DNA from: an uncultured Candidatus Saccharibacteria bacterium
Lineage (GTDB): Bacteria > Patescibacteriota > Minisyncoccia > Phycocordibacterales > UBA6899
Direction: 5' to 3'
NCBI GenBank assembly: GCA_964515375.1
Contig: CAZERF010000005.1
Location: 22,482 to 86,481, forward strand
Length of the DNA: 64,000 bases
Positions 9,085 through 19,636 of the stretch are shown here, piece by piece. How positions within the stretch are numbered: position 1 is the first letter of the stretch; each line of letters begins with the position of its first letter. The notes beneath the pieces are model-generated. The model did no database searches and had not been told where the DNA came from. It was given only the letters and a program-made list of their open reading frames with translations. A program made the position numbers and the translations under genes.

Positions 9085-10827
9085 ATGGCAACACTCGACG
9101 AAAAGCGTCACACGCTCGCACATCTCCTGGCATCGGCAGCAAAAGTATTCGATCCGAAGGTCAAACTCGGCATCGGTCCGACCACAGACGACGGATTTTA
9201 CTACGATATGCAGTTCTCAAAAATTCCGACACCGGAGGACCTCAAGGAAATAGAGCGCGCGATGCGCAAACTCGTGAACAAGAAACTTCCGATGGAAGGA
9301 CGCGAGATCACCAAGAGCGAAGGCGAGACGATCTTTGCCGACCAACCCTTCAAACTCGAACTCTTGAGCGAATATGCCGACACAAAGAAGACTCTCACGG
9401 CATACACCGTCGGCGAATTCACCGACCTCTGCAAGGGAGGCCATGCGGAGAATACGGGAGATATCGACCCTGACTCTTTTGCCCTCTCTCGTATTGCCGG
9501 GGCGTACTGGCGCGGTGACGAAAAGAACCCCATGCTCACGCGCATCTACGGACTCGCATTTGAGACAGGCGCGGACCTCACCGAACACCTCCGCATGCTC
9601 GAGGAGGCCAAGAAACGCGACCATCGCAAGCTCGGCAAGGAGCTCGGACTCTTTGTCTTCTCCGATCTCGTCGGCCCCGGACTTCCGCTATGGACACCAA
9701 AGGGAACCATTATGCGCGAAGTATTGAATGACTTCGTGTGGGAACTGCGCAAGGCAAAAGGATATCAGAAAGTGACGATCCCGCACATCACCAAACGTGA
9801 TCTCTATGAAACAAGCGGACATTGGACCAAATATGCCGACGATCTTTTCAAGGTCTCAACGCGAGAAAAGAAAGAATACGCAATGAAACCAATGAACTGC
9901 CCTCATCACACACAGATCTTTGCGGCAGAACCGCGCTCCTATCGCGACATGCCACAACGCTACGCCGAAACGACGATGGTCTATCGCGACGAGCAGTCCG
10001 GCGAGCTCTCGGGGCTCTCTCGTGTTCTCTCTATCACTCAAGACGACGCGCATGTCTTTTGTCGTGAAAATCAGATCGAGCAGGAAGTCTTCGCGATCTG
10101 GGATATCATTGATCGTTTCTATGGAACATTCGGCTTCACCAAACTCTCCGTACGCTTCTCGCGCCATGACCCCGAAGAGTTCCAAAAATATCTCGGAACA
10201 AAAGAAACATGGCAAAAGGCTGAGAGTGCCATTCTTGCACTCATGAAAAAACGCGGTATCGATGATTATATCGACGGCAAGGGCGAGGCGGCGATCTATG
10301 GACCAAAGATCGATTTCATTGCCAAAGATTCCATCGGTCGCACGCAACAGATCGCCACGATCCAGCTCGACTTCATTCAGCCCGAAAACTTCGGACTTGT
10401 CTGCGCAAATGAAAAGGGTGAGAAGGAACGCATCGTTATGATCCACTGTGCGATCATGGGCTCGATCGAACGTTTCCTCTCCGTCATGATCGAACACTTG
10501 GCCGGCAACTTCCCGCTCTGGCTCGCGCCGGTCCAGGTCGCGATCCTTCCGATCGGAGAAGCTCATCACGCTTTCGCAAAGGAGGTCGACGAGCGACTCC
10601 GCGCCGTAGATATTCGCACCGCGCTTCACCTCGAAAGCGACTCGCTCGGCAAGAAGATCCGCGACGTAAAGTCCTCCAAGATTCCCTACTCGCTCGTGAT
10701 CGGCGACGCCGAAGTTGCCGCAGGAGAAGCGACACTCGAGAGTCGCGATCAAGGCAAGATCGGAGCGCTTCCGATCGATGTCCTTGTTGAACGTCTTCAC
10801 AAAGAGAACTCAGAACGAACGCTCTGA
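9085..10827 (+). CDS. thrS: Threonine--tRNA ligase (no TGS domain)
   Basis: DLCKGGH, GAYWRGD, RDHRKLG, KPMNCPHH, YGPKID, GSIERF. Confidence 0.98.
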   Translation: MATLDEKRHTLAHLLASAAKVFDPKVKLGIGPTTDDGFYYDMQFSKIPTPEDLKEIERAMRKLVNKKLPMEGREITKSEGETIFADQPFKLELLSEYADTKKTLTAYTVGEFTDLCKGGHAENTGDIDPDSFALSRIAGAYWRGDEKNPMLTRIYGLAFETGADLTEHLRMLEEAKKRDHRKLGKELGLFVFSDLVGPGLPLWTPKGTIMREVLNDFVWELRKAKGYQKVTIPHITKRDLYETSGHWTKYADDLFKVSTREKKEYAMKPMNCPHHTQIFAAEPRSYRDMPQRYAETTMVYRDEQSGELSGLSRVLSITQDDAHVFCRENQIEQEVFAIWDIIDRFYGTFGFTKLSVRFSRHDPEEFQKYLGTKETWQKAESAILALMKKRGIDDYIDGKGEAAIYGPKIDFIAKDSIGRTQQIATIQLDFIQPENFGLVCANEKGEKERIVMIHCAIMGSIERFLSVMIEHLAGNFPLWLAPVQVAILPIGEAHHAFAKEVDERLRAVDIRTALHLESDSLGKKIRDVKSSKIPYSLVIGDAEVAAGEATLESRDQGKIGALPIDVLVERLHKENSERTL

Positions 10828-10838
10828 AACATCTTCTC

Positions 10839-10879
10839 TCGCAAAAAAAACACCCGCGTAATGCGGGTGTTTTTTGCGA
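10839..10879. terminator. Bidirectional terminator between thrS and gyrB
   Basis: A8-CACCCGC-GTAAT-GCGGGTG-T6. Confidence 0.85.
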
Positions 10880-10894
10880 ACAAGAGGCCACGAA

Positions 10895-12967
10895 TCACAC
10901 GTCCAAGCTTGCGTACTTTGCGTTAGACTGAATGAAACTTTTGCGCGGGGCAACCTCAGTTCCCATCAAAAGATCGAAAACAATATCGGCATCCTGAGCA
11001 TCCTCGACTGCAACTTGTTTCAAGATACGATTACCCGGATCCATTGTCGTTTCCCACAACTCTTCGGGATTCATCTCTCCAAGACCCTTGTAGCGTTGAA
11101 TATGAAGCTTTGCGGCCTTCTTTGCCTTGATCTCTTCTTTTTCCTCCTCTTCCACGGGCTCATCACCACTCTCTCCTTCCGCTCCTTCAACCTCAAGCTC
11201 CGACATGTCGATTCCCTGCTCCTTCAAGAAGGTGTTCTTCTGCTCGTCGGAATAGAAGTAATGCGTCTCCTTGCCTTGTTTGACCTTGTAGAGTGGCGGC
11301 TGGGCGATATAGACATGCCCTGCCTCGATGACCGGTCGGAAGTAACGATAGAACAATGTAAGCAAGAGGGTACGAATATGTTCTCCATCAACATCGGCAT
11401 CGGTTGCAATGATGATCTTGTGGTACCGCAACTTCGCGATATCAAAGACATCACCGATCGCAGTGCCGAGCGCGATCACGAGCGCCTTCACTTCATTCGA
11501 AGCAAGCATCTTGTCGAGACGCGCACGTTCCACATTCAATATCTTTCCCTTGAGCGGGAGGATCGCCTGCGTGCGACGGTCGCGACCCTGTTTTGACGAG
11601 CCACCGGCGGAGTCTCCCTCGACGATGAAGAGTTCGGATTCTTCGGCGCTACGACTTTGACAGTCCGCAAGCTTTCCAGGAAGCGTGAGCCCGTCGAGCA
11701 CCCCCTTACGAAGCACAGAATCCTTTGCCGCTTTCGCCGCCTTGCGCGCCTTGAGCGCGATCACAACCTTTTGAATGATCGCCTTGGCGTCGTCGGGATG
11801 CTCTTCCAGATACATAGCAAAAGCAGAACCGAACACCGCCTCAGTTGCACCGCGTGCCTCCACCGATCCAAGCTTCGCCTTGGTCTGACCCTCGAACTGG
11901 ATCTCCGGCATCTTGATCGAAATGACCACGGTCAGCCCTTCACGAACATCATCCCCCGTAAAGCTCTCATCCGCATCCTTTGCAAGACCGTTTCGCTTTG
12001 CGTAATCATTCAAGGTTCGCGTGAGCGCGGTGCGAAAGCCCGTTACATGCATACCCCCTTCGGAGTTGTAGGTATCATTGGCAAACGCGATCTCACGCGA
12101 CGAAATATCATCGATATACTGCAATGCCACCTCGACACTTACATTCCCCTCCTGCTTGTCGACATAAAAGATCTCCTTGTGGATGGGTTTCTGGAACTTG
12201 TTGTAGAATTTGATGAGCGAATACAACCCCCCCTCAAAGAAGAAGGAAGTGGAGGGGACATTGTACCCCGCGTCCTTGAGGTAAAAATTATTGTCGACAT
12301 CGATCTTGCCCGTGTAGTCTCGGAGGTCCAAGATGTTGATCTCGACACCCTTCACGAGATATGCCTGCTGACGCAAATGCGCGACGATCTGATTCCAGTT
12401 GAACTTGATCTCACTGAAGATCTCGGGATCGGGATCAAAGAGTACGATCGTTCCGCGCATGTCCGAGCTTGCCACACGCTTCACCTTTGCCTTCTGTTTT
12501 CCTCGCACATAATCTTGCATATGCGCACCTCCGTCACGATGAACGATCACTTTTGCGTATTGAGAAAGCGCGTTCACCACAGAAGCACCGACACCATGAA
12601 GGCCTCCGGAGACCTTGTATCCGCTCCCTTCGCCACCAAACTTTCCTCCCGCGTGAAGCGTGGTCATAACCGTCTCGAGCGCGGAAACCTTTGTGGTCTT
12701 GTGCACCTCAACAGGAATACCGCGACCATTGTCGACCACTCGTACCTGATTGCCGGGAAGGAACGCAACCTCAATCCGCGAGCAGTGTCCGCCCATCGCC
12801 TCGTCGCGCGAATTGTCGAAGATCTCCCAGATCAAATGATGAAGCCCCTCCACGCCCGTCGACCCGATATACATTCCGGGACGCTTCCGTACCGGCTCAA
12901 GCCCCTCGAGCACCTGGATCGCCTCCGCCCCGTATCCTTTTGTCTCTTTTTCGTTATTCTTTGCCAT
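10895..12967 (-). CDS. gyrB: DNA gyrase subunit B
   Basis: EPVRKRPGMYIG, GGLHGVG, VEGDSAGG, DADVDG, QRYKGLGEM. Confidence 0.97.
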   Translation of the reverse strand: MAKNNEKETKGYGAEAIQVLEGLEPVRKRPGMYIGSTGVEGLHHLIWEIFDNSRDEAMGGHCSRIEVAFLPGNQVRVVDNGRGIPVEVHKTTKVSALETVMTTLHAGGKFGGEGSGYKVSGGLHGVGASVVNALSQYAKVIVHRDGGAHMQDYVRGKQKAKVKRVASSDMRGTIVLFDPDPEIFSEIKFNWNQIVAHLRQQAYLVKGVEINILDLRDYTGKIDVDNNFYLKDAGYNVPSTSFFFEGGLYSLIKFYNKFQKPIHKEIFYVDKQEGNVSVEVALQYIDDISSREIAFANDTYNSEGGMHVTGFRTALTRTLNDYAKRNGLAKDADESFTGDDVREGLTVVISIKMPEIQFEGQTKAKLGSVEARGATEAVFGSAFAMYLEEHPDDAKAIIQKVVIALKARKAAKAAKDSVLRKGVLDGLTLPGKLADCQSRSAEESELFIVEGDSAGGSSKQGRDRRTQAILPLKGKILNVERARLDKMLASNEVKALVIALGTAIGDVFDIAKLRYHKIIIATDADVDGEHIRTLLLTLFYRYFRPVIEAGHVYIAQPPLYKVKQGKETHYFYSDEQKNTFLKEQGIDMSELEVEGAEGESGDEPVEEEEKEEIKAKKAAKLHIQRYKGLGEMNPEELWETTMDPGNRILKQVAVEDAQDADIVFDLLMGTEVAPRKSFIQSNAKYASLDV

Positions 12968-13245
12968 TGTGTTTTATACATGAAGTCCGCCCCGAAGACA
13001 TGTTCTCGCGTGCCCTTCCCTGCGAAGAACACTCAAGAAAAAGTCCCCGATGCGGACGTGCTGATGTCGCTCATTATACCAAGAAAAGCCCCACACTCAA
13101 AGAATATATGAGGATGGGCTTCTTCCTTTTTGGAAATAACCACTAAAAAATATCCTTATTTTTCAACATTATTTGAATCATCTCTTGTTCTCACCAAAAA
13201 AACATGGTACTACTGGTAAAGACCTCAACACACAAGGAAGACACC

Positions 13246-13362
13246 ATGAAAAAACGTAAGAAGAACAGCACCCACCCAGTCCGTGTCGGACTGGGCGCGC
13301 TTTTTGCCTCTGTCGCAATGCTCTCTTTCGGCTTTGCGGCAGGAGCACTGTTCCTTTCCTGA
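13246..13362 (+). CDS. 38-aa single-TM small protein
   Basis: AAGGAAG SD; MKKRKKNSTHPVRVGLGALFASVAMLSFGFAAGALFLS*; terminator follows. Confidence 0.6.
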   Translation: MKKRKKNSTHPVRVGLGALFASVAMLSFGFAAGALFLS

Positions 13363-13367
13363 ATCAC

Positions 13368-13403
13368 AAAAAAGGCCTCCGTGGTAAACACGGAGGCCTT
13401 TCC
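13368..13403. terminator. Terminator between the small ORF and pheT
   Basis: AAAGGCCTCCGTG-GTAAA-CACGGAGGCCTTT. Confidence 0.85.
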
Positions 13404-13422
13404 TGTATCTCTTATCCCATGA

Positions 13423-15378
13423 TCACGCGCGAACCTGCCAAGACGGCTGTGCCATGCGCAATGCGTCAACGACACGATCAGAAACACTGTTGGCCTCGTC
13501 GTCAGAAAGCGTCCGCTCGTCGGACTGCAGGAGCATACGAAACGCGAATGACTTGCGCGACTGCTCGGGTTGCTCAAAGACATCGATAAGGGTGAGGGCG
13601 CGAACCAGTGGACCCATCACATGACGGATCACCGTTTCAACCTCACGTGCGCGGGTCTCGATCGGAACAAAAAGAGACACATCACGAACCACCGACGGAT
13701 ACCGAGACGGCATCTTGAAAATGATCCGGTCGTCTGCACGTGCGACAAGGAGACTCATGTCAAGCTCAAGTCCGTTTAGGGTCATCGTACCGAGCACCTC
13801 ATCACCGACCATGATACTTGCGACAAGTTCTCCTCCCGCTTCTTCGAAATAAACACCAGAAACACCAAGCTCTTGAGTTATCGCCTCAATGACCCCCTTC
13901 AATACAAAAAAGTCCCGCTTCTGTTCTGACTCCTTGCGCTTGTGAAAGCCCATGCATATTGCAAAGGAACTTTCTTCAAGGAGCATCCCCTTTTCCCTTC
14001 CGAAGATGTGTCCAAACTCGAAGATACGGACATCGGAAGTATGCTTGAGGTTCTCGGCTACCGCACTCTTGAGTCCCGTCATAAGCGTGTTGCGAAGATA
14101 CTTCTTGTCCGCGGCAATCGGATTTGCAACCTCTATCTCACCCTTACCCATGAAGGCGTAGGTATAGACCTCGGAGAACCCCGCGCCAACCAGAATCGCG
14201 CGCATCAAGTCACGCACACGCCACTCGCGAGAAACGACAGGAGTTCCCGAGGTTTCGACCGGGAGCGTCGGAGTCAAGCGATGATACCCCATGAGTCGCC
14301 CCACCTCTTCGGCAAGATCCTCCGTGATGCGCAGATCGAGTCGTGGAGCAGGTATTGAAAGTGTGAACCGCGCCCCCCCTTCTTCCTGCTTTTTTATTGC
14401 GGGAATACCGAGACGCTTCCACACGCGCAGAACCTCACTTGCTGAAAAGTCGGTCCCGAGTATCCGATTGATCTCATCCGGAGTCACAGCGAGTGTGACC
14501 GGTCGTTCCTTTTTAGGATAGATGTCCACCACTCCGCCAACACGAGTTGAGGTTCCTCCTGCAAGTGAGAGAATGAGTGTCGCAACCTCAAGCAGCGCAG
14601 GAAGTGTCGCTTCGGACGTTCTCCCGGACTCGAAACGTTTTGATGCGTCGGTCTTGATCCCTAATCGCTGTGCGGTCATACGAATAGTACTTGCGTCAAA
14701 GTTCGCGGATTCGATAATGATCGTCGACGTAGCCATATCCACCTCCGCCCTTGTACCCCCCTTGATCCCGGCAAGCGCAAGCGGTGCTTCCTTGTCAGCA
14801 ATGACCATGATCGAAGGATCGAGCGAGACATACTTTCCGTCGAGTGTCGTCAAGGTCTCGGCCTCCTTTGCGGGGCGAACAATGATCGCACTCCCCGCAA
14901 CTTTTGCCTGATCGAACGCATGGAGGGGTTGCCCAGTCCGAAACATCACATAGTTTGTCGCATCCACGATATTGTTGATCGAACGCTGCCCCAATGTCTC
15001 AAGCGCCTCACGAAGCCATTTGGGAGAAGGACCGACTTTGATGCCTTGAATGATCACGCCCGAGTAGCGATGCGCGCGGGGATCACGGATCGTGACCGAG
15101 AGTTTTGGCACCTGCGCGGACGAACGAGGAAGTTTTGCTGTAGGAATACGCTTAAGCGGGAGTTCAAGTATTGCGGCAACCTCTCGAGCAACGCCCTCAT
15201 GAGAGAGGCAATCGTGCGTCCGATTAGGAAGCACCTTAAGATCGATCACAATATCACCTTTCACCTTGACGATCTCTTCGATCTCAAAGGCGTGAAAGGT
15301 CAGTGCCTCTCCCAACTTCTCGGGTTTTGGAAGCGGTGAGGCAAAATAAGACTGGAGCAGTTTGTATGAGATAAGCAT
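13423..15378 (-). CDS. pheT: Phenylalanine--tRNA ligase beta subunit (lacks the B2 OB domain)
   Basis: PNRTHDCLSH, INNIVDATNYV, ASKRFE, DLAEEVGR, C-terminal FDX-ACB. Confidence 0.96.
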   Translation of the reverse strand: MLISYKLLQSYFASPLPKPEKLGEALTFHAFEIEEIVKVKGDIVIDLKVLPNRTHDCLSHEGVAREVAAILELPLKRIPTAKLPRSSAQVPKLSVTIRDPRAHRYSGVIIQGIKVGPSPKWLREALETLGQRSINNIVDATNYVMFRTGQPLHAFDQAKVAGSAIIVRPAKEAETLTTLDGKYVSLDPSIMVIADKEAPLALAGIKGGTRAEVDMATSTIIIESANFDASTIRMTAQRLGIKTDASKRFESGRTSEATLPALLEVATLILSLAGGTSTRVGGVVDIYPKKERPVTLAVTPDEINRILGTDFSASEVLRVWKRLGIPAIKKQEEGGARFTLSIPAPRLDLRITEDLAEEVGRLMGYHRLTPTLPVETSGTPVVSREWRVRDLMRAILVGAGFSEVYTYAFMGKGEIEVANPIAADKKYLRNTLMTGLKSAVAENLKHTSDVRIFEFGHIFGREKGMLLEESSFAICMGFHKRKESEQKRDFFVLKGVIEAITQELGVSGVYFEEAGGELVASIMVGDEVLGTMTLNGLELDMSLLVARADDRIIFKMPSRYPSVVRDVSLFVPIETRAREVETVIRHVMGPLVRALTLIDVFEQPEQSRKSFAFRMLLQSDERTLSDDEANSVSDRVVDALRMAQPSWQVRA

Positions 15379-15390
15379 ACGCCAAAAAAA

Positions 15391-16191
15391 TTAGACCGAA
15401 GGGAATTGCCGAATAAGACGCAAGTCGCCGGTGTAGAGCATGCGCACATCGGGGATCCCGTATTTGAGCGCAACGAAACGATCGACCCCTCCACCGAATG
15501 CAAATCCCTGCCATTCGTCCGGATCGATCCCACCCGCGCGCAACACCTCGGGATGCACCATTCCCGCACCCATGACCTCGATCCACTTCTCTACTTTTCC
15601 TTTTGCGTCAGTCCAACCAATATCGATCTCAACCGACGGCTCCGTGAATGGGAAATAGCTGGGGCGAAAACGTACCTCCATCTTCCGACCGAACACCTGC
15701 TCAAAGAATGACGAGAGGATACCCTTGAGGTCCGAGAGTGCGACTCTTCGTCCGATCATGAGACCTTCGAATTGATAGAATTGCGTTTCGTGCGTCGCGT
15801 CGGTCGCTTCGTAACGATACACCTTCCCCGGAGCAATGATGCGGATCGGTGGTTCATGCTTCTCCATATGGCGGATCTGTACAGGGGAAGTATGGGTACG
15901 CAAAAGAAGTCGCTCCAGATTGTTCCTCCCCTTCCCGTCCGCCTTCTCCTCTGTAGGGCGGAGCCAAAACGTGTCCCACATATCACGCGCTGGGTGATCC
16001 TTCGGTATATTGAGTGCGTCAAAGTTGTAATGCTCTGTCTCCACCTCCGGTCCATCCGCAACCGAAAACCCCATTCCCCCAAAGATCGTCACGATGTCAC
16101 GCATCATGACCGTGACCGGATGTAGGTTCCCCCGTTCGGGGGGGATCCCGGGGACAGTCACGTCGATACCAAGTTTGGTGCTCATATTCAT
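15391..16191 (-). CDS. pheS: Phenylalanine--tRNA ligase alpha subunit (lacks the N-terminal coiled coil)
   Basis: HPARDMWDTF, LRTHTSPVQ, FRPSYFPFTEPS, GFAFGGG. Confidence 0.97.
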   Translation of the reverse strand: MNMSTKLGIDVTVPGIPPERGNLHPVTVMMRDIVTIFGGMGFSVADGPEVETEHYNFDALNIPKDHPARDMWDTFWLRPTEEKADGKGRNNLERLLLRTHTSPVQIRHMEKHEPPIRIIAPGKVYRYEATDATHETQFYQFEGLMIGRRVALSDLKGILSSFFEQVFGRKMEVRFRPSYFPFTEPSVEIDIGWTDAKGKVEKWIEVMGAGMVHPEVLRAGGIDPDEWQGFAFGGGVDRFVALKYGIPDVRMLYTGDLRLIRQFPSV

Positions 16192-16215
16192 TCCGCCATT
16201 ATAGGCAAAAAGACC

Positions 16216-16248
16216 AAAAAGACCAAGCATTGCCATACTTGGTCTTTT
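16216..16248 (-). terminator. Terminator after the Ig-repeat gene
   Basis: AAAAGACCAAG/CTTGGTCTTTT stem with a U-tract on the minus strand. Confidence 0.6.
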
Positions 16249-16277
16249 CTTCTACTAAACCGAAGAAAATAATTCTT

Positions 16278-19200
16278 CTAGCGTTCGATGTACTGGACGC
16301 TGGGAGGCACCCCGATGCCAGAAATGTCAAAATTTGCAAAAGAGAGTCCTGAGAGCGAGACTACTCCGCCAAACTTTCCCACCGCAGTTGGGGCAAAACG
16401 AATCACGATCGTTGTGTTCCCTTTTGAATCAAGGTGATAAGGGCATTTCCCATTAACAAGTGGCCCGGCAGAAGAAAAAATACATCTAAACATTCCACTT
16501 GCACTGTCGACGTCAAACAATCCAAATCCAAAATCAGCTGTTCCTGTATTTTGAATGGTCATTGATTGGTCGCGATATCTATTTACAACAGTTGCAGGGA
16601 ATGTTTGCCCAGAACCTAATATTGTGATGATCGACGTGAACAAACCCTCACCGTTCAGATTCATTTCAAGGGGTCCATTTATCGTATTTACTCCGGAAAA
16701 GCGAACTGTTCCGGGAAGCGACCCCGTATCCATCGGTAAGAACCGAAGCAATACATCTTTATAATTATCCTGAGAAACCGTAAACGCACACCCTGTTGCC
16801 GCCGGTTGACATGAATACGTATCACCACCATTGGAAAAGGTAACTCCGATCGACATATTACCAACTCCCACATTCCACAAACGAACATACTTCTCTTTCT
16901 CTGAAGCAAGATTTGAAGAGCCAAAATCAAGAAAATTATAAACTTCAGTATAACTATTCGGATCATCAACGCTCGTTGGCGTCAACTTCATGATCGGTGA
17001 ATTAATACCAACACCACTGATCGAACGTGATACAGAGTTATCCTCCCCATCAAATGTAATTGATGTATTAATAGGACCCGTTGCTGAAGGATAAAACGCG
17101 AAAGTAAATGAAGTGGTTGCGCCAGGCGCAAGAGAAACGACAAAACACGGAGAAGGATCGATGCACCTAAATACGGAAGTGTTCATGTATGCATCAAGAA
17201 ATACGTATGTCGCGCGGAGACCAACATTTTTGACCTCAAAAGATTTTTCAGGTGCATCACCACCCACCCTCGTCTCGGAAAAAATATGAGTAACGGGAGT
17301 GACCTCAATATACGACGAAGCGATTGAATCCCCTTCAACGTCGTAGCGTGTTGTCTTTGTCGCATAATCTCCAAAGTGATATTGGATAGTGATTTCACCA
17401 TCAAAACCACTGGCATAATTTGGTTCAAAAGCAATTTTTGCAATACGTTCTGTGTAAGTATCATTTAGAATGAACGGTCCGCAATTCTCGAAACATCTGA
17501 ATGTACTTGTTGAAGAAGTAACTTGATACCACACAGAAGTCCCCGAACTTCCTGAGCGTGCAACCCTTAATCTCAAAGACTTATTTTGAACAGGAGTATT
17601 GTAGTAAGTTGTTCCGTAATCGATAGTTCCCGAATAGACACCCGGAGTAGGAAGAGAGTACCACCCTTCATCCTCATCCTCCGCCGATATACTTACTCCT
17701 GGATTGATGCCAGTACCTTGAAACGTAACTGATGTTCCCACAATGGTGAATGACCCCGTGTGTAGACCCAGAGAGGTGGGTTTAAACGTGAATTGTGTTG
17801 TTGTTGATTGCCCTCCCCCCAGTTCAAAAGAACAGTTCTGAGCGCAAGAAAAGGCACTCGGCGTCCCAAAACTCGCGGCTGAAAGGGAGACAGTAGTTGT
17901 TCCAACTCCAATATTTCTTATCGCGTAGGATGTTGTTGCGGTTGTATTCAGTAAAACATTACCAAAATTGATCCTCGTACCTCCTGCCGCAACAAGCAAT
18001 GGTAGATCATTACCATTGGCACTTAAACTGATGCTAACTGACGGAAGTCCAGTTGGAAACTCGTTAGTCAGAGAAGCAACCGTTGATGTTGCGCCGGCGA
18101 CAAGTGGTGAAAAATGTATTGTCCCTACGAACCTATATCCCTGCGAGGGGGTCACAGAGGCGTAATGATGACCAATACCCGACACGGAGGCTGGCTCAAA
18201 CGAGAAGCCATTGCTTGGGAGACCGAGCATCCTCCCCGAAAGATCACTCAGGGAGGCTCCGCTATTTTTCACATAAACACTGATCGAAGATGTTGCGCCC
18301 ATATTCACAATACCTGCGTCCCATGAATTCCAACAAGTGTTTGACTGATAAAGACAGACCGTGAGAACAGGGATGTCCGAAACACTCGAACGCAATTCCG
18401 TTGTTGTTCCTCTACCAACCAGTGCTGTCAAAGTTGCACGATCAACGCGCGCAGGATTCGCAGATAATGGGATAAAATAAATATAAATAGCCTTTTCTTG
18501 ACCACCCAAGAGGGAGTAACGACAACCAGATATCCCACCCTGACACGAATATTCCCCTTCACCTGGAAGCACAATAGCCCCTTCAAGGAGTCCACCACCG
18601 GAGTTTTTTACCGTCAGTATCTCTGGTCCAAAATATGGGGGGTTACCCAAATAGCCAAAGCCAAAATCTACAGGACCCGAAGGAGTGATCGTTGCCTCTG
18701 GTAACACATCTTCTCCAACCGCTCTTAGTTGTATTCGCCTTGAAACAGTAGGATTGTCACATGCATAAGGAATGTTTGCAGTACAATTAAATATCACTTC
18801 CTGGTCCCATTCACCCTCTTCCACGGGGGCGATTTTTATTGTTACAGGAACATCAGTTTGCCCGGGAGCAAGCGTATCCGCACAACCAGCAGTACAATAA
18901 AACGGTGCCGAGAGCGTCGAGATATTATAATTAAGAGACCTCAAACCAGTATTGCTTACATAAAAAGTTTTTGTCTGGACATCGCCAGTAAGAATATTAT
19001 CAAAAATAGAATCTCCGGAAGGACTCACAATAAAGCGCGGGTTGTTGGGACGATCAACAGTATACTCACGACTAAGATAGAGTTGAGCCGAATAAAAATT
19101 CTTTTCTGTGGTTGCGCAAGTCTCAGAATCAGCATAAGTAGGAGGGAGGCCCCTTTTTTCTGCGGCAAGATTGATTTGATGCTTCACAGAACAGATCTCT

Positions 19201-19613
19201 CCGCCCCAAAATTCAATTTTCATCACGTGATCCCCGTCGGCCTGCCGTCCGATATTGTACGAAAAGGTACCGACAATAGCATTGTTCGGATCAGTATTTT
19301 CGGGAAGCTCAATATGACAACCCGCAGGGGCAGGACGTTGCATGCAATCAGCATCAGAATGTTCCTTATTAGGAACCTCAAAACCATCCTGCTTCACATA
19401 AATATTTCCCACCCACAACGGAGGTAGCATAAACTCTCCCGTCACAATAACATCATCCTCAAACCTGTAATCTTGCTCTCTCGCAGGAGTGATCCATTTT
19501 GTAATAATATCTCCTTCTGCAGCAACAGCATAAGAGGGAGAAATAAGACAGAGCAGTAAAACAAAAAAGAGGAGTGAAAAGAACCTCTTACGCAATTTCC
19601 TTAGTGGCAACAT
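16278..19613 (-). CDS. Large secreted protein with tandem Ig-like (choice-of-anchor D/ASH-like) repeats
   Basis: Signal peptide; repeated F(G)..V.....V.N.G...F.C..C..L.PG....F.P motif; AT-richer DNA. Confidence 0.8.
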   Translation of the reverse strand: MLPLRKLRKRFFSLLFFVLLLCLISPSYAVAAEGDIITKWITPAREQDYRFEDDVIVTGEFMLPPLWVGNIYVKQDGFEVPNKEHSDADCMQRPAPAGCHIELPENTDPNNAIVGTFSYNIGRQADGDHVMKIEFWGGEICSVKHQINLAAEKRGLPPTYADSETCATTEKNFYSAQLYLSREYTVDRPNNPRFIVSPSGDSIFDNILTGDVQTKTFYVSNTGLRSLNYNISTLSAPFYCTAGCADTLAPGQTDVPVTIKIAPVEEGEWDQEVIFNCTANIPYACDNPTVSRRIQLRAVGEDVLPEATITPSGPVDFGFGYLGNPPYFGPEILTVKNSGGGLLEGAIVLPGEGEYSCQGGISGCRYSLLGGQEKAIYIYFIPLSANPARVDRATLTALVGRGTTTELRSSVSDIPVLTVCLYQSNTCWNSWDAGIVNMGATSSISVYVKNSGASLSDLSGRMLGLPSNGFSFEPASVSGIGHHYASVTPSQGYRFVGTIHFSPLVAGATSTVASLTNEFPTGLPSVSISLSANGNDLPLLVAAGGTRINFGNVLLNTTATTSYAIRNIGVGTTTVSLSAASFGTPSAFSCAQNCSFELGGGQSTTTQFTFKPTSLGLHTGSFTIVGTSVTFQGTGINPGVSISAEDEDEGWYSLPTPGVYSGTIDYGTTYYNTPVQNKSLRLRVARSGSSGTSVWYQVTSSTSTFRCFENCGPFILNDTYTERIAKIAFEPNYASGFDGEITIQYHFGDYATKTTRYDVEGDSIASSYIEVTPVTHIFSETRVGGDAPEKSFEVKNVGLRATYVFLDAYMNTSVFRCIDPSPCFVVSLAPGATTSFTFAFYPSATGPINTSITFDGEDNSVSRSISGVGINSPIMKLTPTSVDDPNSYTEVYNFLDFGSSNLASEKEKYVRLWNVGVGNMSIGVTFSNGGDTYSCQPAATGCAFTVSQDNYKDVLLRFLPMDTGSLPGTVRFSGVNTINGPLEMNLNGEGLFTSIITILGSGQTFPATVVNRYRDQSMTIQNTGTADFGFGLFDVDSASGMFRCIFSSAGPLVNGKCPYHLDSKGNTTIVIRFAPTAVGKFGGVVSLSGLSFANFDISGIGVPPSVQYIER

Positions 19614-19636
19614 AATATTCTGAGAATTAAATAAGA

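Noticed and set aside
6612-13111. Long antisense ORFs (6612-8357, 9856-10800, 10874-11596, 11657-13111)
   Set aside because: They lie opposite dnaE, thrS and gyrB, have no recognisable motifs, and are expected from codon bias.
16200-16280. Second att site (tRNA 3' half) at the far end of the AT-rich islet
   Set aside because: No copy of the tRNA 3' end is visible; only a terminator.
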